From the NCBI GenBank assembly GCA_039811685.1, contig JBDHZC010000004.1, positions 197,924 through 261,923 of the forward strand: a DNA stretch of 64,000 bases, in the 5' to 3' direction. Below the pieces are notes generated by a model. It saw only the letters and a program-made list of their open reading frames with translations, was not told the origin of the DNA and did not search any database. This DNA is from Armatimonadota bacterium. GTDB lineage: Bacteria > Armatimonadota > UBA5829 > DSUL01. A program made the translations under genes and the position numbers. Positions 57,811-64,000 of this stretch are shown here, in pieces. How positions within the stretch are numbered: position 1 is the stretch's first letter; each line of letters starts with the position of its first letter.

Positions 57811-58584
57811 CTACTTGCCCATCTTTCGCAGATTCTCGAGACACTTGGCAACAGCCTCGAGTGGAGCGCAAGGATAGGATTCCTGCTCGACGATGTACCA
57901 CTCGGTGCTGCCGATGTTCTCGCACAGGTCAAAGATGAGCGGCCAGTTCACGTCTCCTTCACCAACCAGAGCCTTGTCGTTAGTTGCGGAGTGTTCTTTC
58001 AGGTGGACAGTAAGCGCGCGGCCGGGGTAGCGCTTGAGAATAGGCGCTGGGTCTGCGCCTCCCACCAGCGCGTTGCCGGTGTCAAGCTGCATCACGACTT
58101 CCTTAGGTGTGTTAGAAAAAAAAGTGTCCCACGGCCACTCTCCGTCCAGCGCCTGGAATTCGATGTGGTGATTGTGGTATCCCACGCGCATTCCTTCCGC
58201 CACGGCGAGCTCGGCGGATTGTGAAAACATTCGGGCAGTCTCCAGCCAGGCGTCGCGCGAGCTCGTGCGCTCGGCAGGCAGTCCTGGAACGATCAAGAAT
58301 CTGTTTCCCAGAGCTTTGTTGAACTCTATGGTCGTTCCAATCTCCTGCGCTGTGATCGTATCCAGTCCAGTGTGTGTTCCCGCGCACTTCAGCCCCAACT
58401 CCGAAAGCATCGTTCGGAGCTCTTCGGCGGAGTAGCCGTAGTATCCGGCAAACTCCACGCCCGCATAGCCCATGTCAGCCACTGCCTTGAGTGTGCCGGG
58501 AAAGTCCTTTGCGCAGTCGTCACGCACGGAGTAGAGTTGAACGGCGATAGGTATGTCGGGCATTGGTAAGCGCTCCAGAGTCAT
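57811..58584 (-). CDS. Sugar phosphate isomerase/epimerase (xylose-isomerase-like TIM barrel)
   Basis: Conserved E/H metal ligands in a TIM-barrel pattern (…GYAGVEF…, …VGYHNH…). Confidence 0.75.
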   Translation of the reverse strand: MTLERLPMPDIPIAVQLYSVRDDCAKDFPGTLKAVADMGYAGVEFAGYYGYSAEELRTMLSELGLKCAGTHTGLDTITAQEIGTTIEFNKALGNRFLIVPGLPAERTSSRDAWLETARMFSQSAELAVAEGMRVGYHNHHIEFQALDGEWPWDTFFSNTPKEVVMQLDTGNALVGGADPAPILKRYPGRALTVHLKEHSATNDKALVGEGDVNWPLIFDLCENIGSTEWYIVEQESYPCAPLEAVAKCLENLRKMGK

Positions 58585-59009
58585 AGATTAGTGGACAAGG
58601 GTCTGGAATGACCAGTTTCCACGCTGAAGTTCGCTAAGCGTTAGCGCCTTTCCTATGTCTCCTCTGCAGAATGTCTAATCAGTGAGAAAATCCTGGACAT
58701 CAGCGTTTGCTCTGCTGGAATTCTAGCGTTTCACGGAGCGATTTCGGCAAGTATCACATCTGCCAATCGCGATTGAGCCCCACGCACGGTCCTCTCGCCT
58801 GTTAAGAATCGGATGCCAGCCTGGACACCTGATTTTTGCCAGTTTCTGGAGGCATTTCACGAAATTGGCACGGAAGTTGCACCAGTAACAGCAGGCGAAA
58901 GGACGCCTGCAAATTCGTCAGACTTTGGTCGGCTGAACCCTGAACCAGCCGTAGAAGTAACACCCACAAACGCCAGCCACCAGGCGGTTAATACTACAGG
59001 AGACAGGAC

Positions 59010-59663
59010 GTGCATCCTTTGAACAAGACTCTCACCTTCCTCGGACTTGCTGCTGCAATCATCTGCTCTGGCGGCCTTCGCGCATCGGCTGCTGTGAATC
59101 TGGAGCTGAGGCCCATCACCCAGAACGCCAATATCGGAGAGACTCTCGGCTACGATCTGTACGCCTTGTCAACTACAGGCAGCGACGAGTTCGTGTCTGC
59201 TATGGACGTCATTCTTACTTGGGATCCCGCTCTGATCCGTCCCGAGGTTGGCACAGATGGAATGGGTGCCCCGCAGCCGGAGTGGGATTTCGACGGTCTG
59301 CTTTACCAGGCCAGCGGCATCAACAATCGTGATATGATCACAGGAGATATCATTAACGACGGCGCCTTCATGTACACCGCAGCCGCACCGCTGGGCACTC
59401 CCGTCGCTATCTCGCCCACTGGTCTGAAGATCGTGGAGTTTCGCTTTACGGCGCGTGCGATGACGTCCGGCACGTCCATTCAAATCCCCGCTGCGTTTGG
59501 CCAGGATCAGACGAGAGTCTTTGACGGAATGAACGCCAATACCGACATCAAAGGACTACTCACCGGCGCCCGTATGACAGTTGTTCCTGAGCCAAGCGGC
59601 CTTCTCGCTCTGGCCACAGGAGCGGTGTCGCTCCTCGGCCTTATCAGACGTCCGCGAGTGTGA
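59010..59663 (+). CDS. PEP-CTERM sorting-signal protein
   Basis: N-terminal signal peptide and C-terminal VPEPSGLLALATGAVSLLGLIRRPRV (PEP motif, TM helix and basic tail). GTG start. Confidence 0.7.
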   Translation: MHPLNKTLTFLGLAAAIICSGGLRASAAVNLELRPITQNANIGETLGYDLYALSTTGSDEFVSAMDVILTWDPALIRPEVGTDGMGAPQPEWDFDGLLYQASGINNRDMITGDIINDGAFMYTAAAPLGTPVAISPTGLKIVEFRFTARAMTSGTSIQIPAAFGQDQTRVFDGMNANTDIKGLLTGARMTVVPEPSGLLALATGAVSLLGLIRRPRV

Positions 59664-59737
59664 TCAATCCCGCTTTAGTCTGACAGCATCAAGGGCCGGC
59701 GCCTGGTGTCGGCCCTTAGTTCTGTACTACGCGCAAC

Positions 59738-62581
59738 CTATTGTTGACGCCGGCGCTTGGCGTCCAGCAGTTTTGAGCGAGTCGGCGCGGGCGTGCTCTC
59801 AGGTAGAGAAGAGCCACTGAGGACCCCGCCACTCTCGTCCTCCTTTACGAGGACTTGCGCTTCAGACGTCGTTGAAATGTCCATTCCGGCCCCCGCTGGC
59901 GGGTCAGTGCTTCTCACGCGCTTTCTATTCAGTAGATCAGACGTAGAAGGCGCCTCTGCAGAGCGAGGCTGTCTGCGAGGCAGGAGCCGGGCTGCTTTCT
60001 GCGCAACTTCCAGCGCTTCCGTCGGGGACAGTATCAGCCTGCGCACGGCGATATCCAATGGCATAAGGAGGAGCGCTATCAGGGTGAAGAATCTCCAGAC
60101 TTCTGTGTAGCGTCGCTGATTTCGGGGCGCTTTTTCGAAGACCGTGCGAGGACTCGGATTGAAGCGCCCTCCGGATGTCCGTGCCAGCTCTCGCAGCAGG
60201 GGCGTATTCGCCTGAGTTGTCCGGTACTCCTCCGGGTAGGCCAGGCTGGCTGAAGCCATGCTTTGCGCTCTCCCGTGTCCCTGCTCTGACACGCTTACAA
60301 TGTAGTCACCTGGCTGAGTTGCCGGAAATGACCCCTCATAGCGTCCTCGCGCCGTCTGCTCGAGCGCAATATCGGCCGTGCTTCCGCCTGGCAGAACGGC
60401 GTGCGCGCGAAGACGCCTGTCCGGTGCCGATTTGCCGTCCGTGGAGGAAGCCTCCACCCGCACATGCGCTCTACCGTTCTCAATGTCCATTGTTGTCTCC
60501 CACTGAGAACTCTGGCTCCGGCGCATTACCCAGCGCACGCTCTGTGCCCAGAGAGCTGGAAAAGTCGGCCAGGACAACCAGTGCGCTGCCCATCTCGAAC
60601 GCGCGTCTGACGTGAAAGCCAGCGAACGCCCCAAACCGTATTGCCAGCTCGCTAGAACTGGATCACCTCGGTGTGAAAACAGCGCCTGATTCGCCGTAGC
60701 CTTCGGCGTGGTGGAAACGTAACCCAACAGAGGCGGCATCTGCTGAAAGTCCAGATTCCGGACAGGCTCCTGGTTTGCGTTGATTACGGGTTTGAACGCC
60801 TCTTCAACAAGCAGAGAACGCGACGCAAGCAGCGTGTCCCGCGTAAAGATTTTTGGCAGGTTGCGGGCGCTCTGCGTCAAATAGAACGTTCCTTTCCCAG
60901 CCCCGGCAAGCTGTTTCAGAAAAGGGACATCCGCTCCGTCACCGATCGCCACAACGCTGACTGTTATTTTCTTTGTGGCCATTTGCTGTGCCAGTTGCAG
61001 ACATCCGGCCTGATCCTCTGCATCACTACCGTCGGCCAGAAGAATGACGTGGCGAATCGCGGTGGTTTGTGCGGAAAGCAGTCGCTCCGCCCGTACAAGG
61101 CTTGGATAAACCATTATTCCGCCGCCTCCCGCGCGAATGCTGCGGATATCTCGCGAAAGAGACAGTTTTTGTGAGGCAGGCCGCAATGGCGCAACCAGTT
61201 TCGGGTCAGAATCGCAGGCGATGACCCCGAGTTCGTCCGTTGGTTGAATAGCGTCGATGCATGCTACGGCAGCCTCGTTGGCAATGCGGATCTTTTCAAC
61301 TCCCTGCTCCTCAATGCCCATTGACCCGGATTTATCCACAACAATCAACAAGCTCAGAGAAGGGACGATCTGCTGACTGCGAATAGTCATTCGCACGGGA
61401 AGCGCGTCTTCCACCGGCGTCTTGAAGTAGCCACCTGCGCCGAAGCTCTGAGATCCACCGATCATGATCAGCCCGACTCCCAGTTGTCTGACTGCGCTTC
61501 GGATCGCCAGCATCTGGTTTGCGGACAGATCCGTAGCCGGCACATTTGAGAGAATCAACCCGTCTATCCCCAGATAATCCGCTGCGGTCTCGGGAATCTG
61601 AAACGGGCGGATGACTTCGGGGGAGATTCTAGCTGCTTTCAGAGCGCTGATGAGTGGCTCATCCAGCCGGGCGTCGTCTGTGGCCAGCAGGATGCGTGGC
61701 CTCCCAGTCACAACTGCAAAGGCGTACGCTTTGTTATTCTCAGCCTCTGTGTCGGCGCCAGGCTGCAGGTCCGCTCGGTAGTGAAGGCTGCCCTCTTTTT
61801 CCGCCTTCTGCGGGATCAGAAAAACAGACCGTCCAGCGCTGAGAGAGACCGTACGTTCGCCCACTGGCTGACCATTCCGATAAACGCGCAGTCGTGCTGT
61901 CTGCGCTCTGTTGGCTCCAACTACCACCCGCGCCTCAAAGGGTTCGCCAGTCTTCAGACTGGACGGGATGCTGAAGGATTCCACCCACGCCTCATCCTGC
62001 TTTGGGCTGCCTGTCGAAACTGTATCTATCGCAATGCCGCCGCTCTGAGCGATATGGGCCTGCGCTGAGGCGTCTCCTACAGTCTCGTTCCCGTCCGAGA
62101 GCAGCACAATGTGCCGCGATGCGCTGTCTGGAAGAGATGCCATCGCGAGGCGAAGCGCAGCCGCTATATCTGTCCCTGCATCCCGCGCAACCGCCTGCGA
62201 TTTTTCGGGAAGCCGGCCGTGAGAAGGGGACGACTCCACTCTTGCATCGGAGCCAAAGACAATCAATCCAGCGCTGTCACCGGAGCGCATCCCGTCCTGA
62301 GATGCTTTTATCCATTCCAACGCTTTGGCCTGGCTGTCTCCTGACACGCTTCTGGAGACGTCCAACACGTACATTGTGCAAAGCTCGCGCACTCGGGTCA
62401 CTGTTTGAGGACCCGCAACCGCCATAATCAATGCCGCTACTATTACACTGCGAAGAAGAGTCGCAGTGAGGCTGCGCGCAGGGTTCAGCCCGGCCAAACT
62501 CTCGCGCGACGTGCGCCAGACCAGATACAGGACAGGCGGTAGCGCCAGCAGCCAGTAGGGGTGAAGAAAGCGAACTCCCAT
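59738..62581 (-). CDS. BatA/BatB-like membrane protein with two von Willebrand factor type A domains
   Basis: N-terminal BatA-type TM segment (FLHPYWLLALPPVLYLVW); two VWA/MIDAS motifs (YVLDVSRSVSGD and LLIVVDKSGSMG); C-terminal TM helix. Confidence 0.7.
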   Translation of the reverse strand: MGVRFLHPYWLLALPPVLYLVWRTSRESLAGLNPARSLTATLLRSVIVAALIMAVAGPQTVTRVRELCTMYVLDVSRSVSGDSQAKALEWIKASQDGMRSGDSAGLIVFGSDARVESSPSHGRLPEKSQAVARDAGTDIAAALRLAMASLPDSASRHIVLLSDGNETVGDASAQAHIAQSGGIAIDTVSTGSPKQDEAWVESFSIPSSLKTGEPFEARVVVGANRAQTARLRVYRNGQPVGERTVSLSAGRSVFLIPQKAEKEGSLHYRADLQPGADTEAENNKAYAFAVVTGRPRILLATDDARLDEPLISALKAARISPEVIRPFQIPETAADYLGIDGLILSNVPATDLSANQMLAIRSAVRQLGVGLIMIGGSQSFGAGGYFKTPVEDALPVRMTIRSQQIVPSLSLLIVVDKSGSMGIEEQGVEKIRIANEAAVACIDAIQPTDELGVIACDSDPKLVAPLRPASQKLSLSRDIRSIRAGGGGIMVYPSLVRAERLLSAQTTAIRHVILLADGSDAEDQAGCLQLAQQMATKKITVSVVAIGDGADVPFLKQLAGAGKGTFYLTQSARNLPKIFTRDTLLASRSLLVEEAFKPVINANQEPVRNLDFQQMPPLLGYVSTTPKATANQALFSHRGDPVLASWQYGLGRSLAFTSDARSRWAAHWLSWPTFPALWAQSVRWVMRRSQSSQWETTMDIENGRAHVRVEASSTDGKSAPDRRLRAHAVLPGGSTADIALEQTARGRYEGSFPATQPGDYIVSVSEQGHGRAQSMASASLAYPEEYRTTQANTPLLRELARTSGGRFNPSPRTVFEKAPRNQRRYTEVWRFFTLIALLLMPLDIAVRRLILSPTEALEVAQKAARLLPRRQPRSAEAPSTSDLLNRKRVRSTDPPAGAGMDISTTSEAQVLVKEDESGGVLSGSSLPESTPAPTRSKLLDAKRRRQQ

Positions 62582-62599
62582 TTTATGTACGCGCTCTCC

Positions 62600-63979
62600 T
62601 CACATGCGTCTATGAAAAAGAAGCCACTCCGTGCAGAGCACGGCCAGCGCAGCCAGTACGAACCACGGATAAAGCTCTTTGTTGGCCGCTGAGGTGTGTG
62701 ATTCGGCGGCTGTCTCGGCCGCGGGTGTGTCGGGCCTCGCCACTCGCAAGTCCGACTGCTCAGTTGACGAGAGATTCACCGCGAAGACGCCCGTCCGTTC
62801 ACCCTGTTTCCACGAATACAGCCCGGCCGTCAGTGTCTCGGAGAAGTCTTCAATGCCTTCCGGCAGCGCTATCCTCCTTCCATCAGGGGTAGTGACGGTA
62901 GTGATCCGCTTGGATCTCGCCTCCAGCCGGACAGTTTCGCCGGGAGTGTACGACCCCGTGACCTCTCTCTGATTCAGCAGCCACGCCACTGTGTTTGAGA
63001 CGAGAATCGGAAACGTCACGCGCAGCGGCAGATCGGATTGAACAAAGTCCCACCCGAAGCTGATTTTCCGCATCCCGTTCTTCTGCCCGCCAACAATCAG
63101 AGGATTTCCTCCAGCTTCGGCCAGCGTACTCGCCCATTCCGCCGGCCTGAGAGAAGAAAACTCCGCAAAGCGCATGCTGGAAAGCTCTGCGTGTCGCGAA
63201 ATGTCTACGCCGGGACGCCAGACGGGCTCGTCAGATTCTCGGACTGCGCCTGTCTTTGCGGGGGCGCCAGGACCGCTGGAGCTGATAAACCACTCGGCGC
63301 CGGGAGCCTCAGCCTCCGCATCTGTTCTATCCCAGATGACGATGTCGAAGGCTCCCAGTTTGTTTGGCGAGGGAGCTGTTTGCGCCTTTGTCACTTCAAG
63401 CTCATCATCTGTCGCCAGAGCTTGTTCCAGAAACATATTGCCAGGACCTACTATCAGCACTCTCGCCTTGCGCGTCCGCCCGATGACCGCATAAGCGATG
63501 TTGTCCTGCGGCAGCGCATCTTCTGGTGTTATCCGCGCCACAAGCACTCCGCTTACGGAGGGCGGCAGGTCAAACGGCAGTCCCTGCGACTGCCCCGGTT
63601 TCAGTTTCACTTCACGCGCGTCAATGAGTCTATCGTTGAGGCGCAGGCTCAGGGTCACTTCGGCAGCCTCTCCAGAGTGACCCAGGTTCGACAAGCGTAC
63701 GAAAGCGCCCGTCCTCCCGGCCTGCCGGTCCACATTCAGCAGGGTGATTGCCGTATTAGCAGCGCTTGCGCCGGCGCGGATAGTCTCGAGGGGCAGCCCC
63801 GCGCGCAGGTCCTCCGGCAGTTCCGGATAAGACCCGTCGCTGTAGATGATTATCCTTGCCGATCGGCTGCTCTTGCACGCGGCCCGTGCCAGGGCGACCG
63901 CATCCTGCATGGATGAGGGTAGTTGCGTCTGGCGTACTAACCCCAAAGCCGAGTTCAAAGCAGCCTTGTCAGACGTCAT
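62600..63979 (-). CDS. Hypothetical membrane-anchored protein of the Bat-like cluster (C-terminal TM helix)
   Basis: Same strand as, and 18 bp upstream of, the VWA gene. C-terminal TM helix LYPWFVLAALAVLCTEWLL. No catalytic motifs. Confidence 0.45.
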   Translation of the reverse strand: MTSDKAALNSALGLVRQTQLPSSMQDAVALARAACKSSRSARIIIYSDGSYPELPEDLRAGLPLETIRAGASAANTAITLLNVDRQAGRTGAFVRLSNLGHSGEAAEVTLSLRLNDRLIDAREVKLKPGQSQGLPFDLPPSVSGVLVARITPEDALPQDNIAYAVIGRTRKARVLIVGPGNMFLEQALATDDELEVTKAQTAPSPNKLGAFDIVIWDRTDAEAEAPGAEWFISSSGPGAPAKTGAVRESDEPVWRPGVDISRHAELSSMRFAEFSSLRPAEWASTLAEAGGNPLIVGGQKNGMRKISFGWDFVQSDLPLRVTFPILVSNTVAWLLNQREVTGSYTPGETVRLEARSKRITTVTTPDGRRIALPEGIEDFSETLTAGLYSWKQGERTGVFAVNLSSTEQSDLRVARPDTPAAETAAESHTSAANKELYPWFVLAALAVLCTEWLLFHRRM

Positions 63980-64000
63980 CGGGGATAGGACCTGAGTACG

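Noticed and set aside
1-64000. CRISPR arrays, rRNA genes, tRNA genes, transposase or integrase genes
   Set aside because: No regularly spaced short repeats were seen. No rRNA-like conserved blocks were seen. No convincing cloverleaf with a GTTCGAATC-type T-arm was found by eye, although tRNAs are hard to exclude without a scanner. No recombinase motifs appear in any ORF.

Overview
This is a 64 kb high-GC bacterial chromosomal segment that is mostly housekeeping genes with one accessory island; all calls are from reading the sequence and motifs by eye, with no database search. Coding is dense on both strands. Core genes recognised from motifs: a partial GT9 heptosyltransferase, thpR, recA, ymdB-like, dut, a GAF/PAS histidine kinase, a MauE/DoxX-rhodanese-DUF1573 cluster, an ABC exporter operon, an LCP protein, cspA, an HspR-type heat-shock operon (dnaK-hsp20-cbpA/dnaJ-hspR), a CopA copper ATPase, uvrA, an ECF sigma/anti-sigma pair, RNase P RNA (rnpB, type A), a TMEM175-like channel, sugar ABC components, hemW, a ~1250 aa surface glycosidase-like protein, ThuA, Mrp/ApbC, HDOD, ftsY, a PEP-CTERM protein and Bat-like VWA membrane proteins. 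The accessory island (~24.9-35.0 kb, minus strand) is a Type III-like restriction-modification locus in the order res - four-helix-bundle gene - mod. Immediately downstream of mod sits a tightly coupled two-gene module: an Hsp70-like ATPase carrying a C-terminal TPR array, plus a compact Cys-rich UvrD-like SF1 helicase. Two nested insertion signatures are visible. The Hsp70/helicase module is bracketed by 72-bp direct repeats, one of which is the 3' end of mod. The four-helix-bundle gene is bracketed by a 29-bp duplicate of the res/mod gene junction. The Hsp70-TPR/helicase pair is the best candidate here for an undescribed defence-associated system. No CRISPR array, rRNA or convincing tRNA was found.
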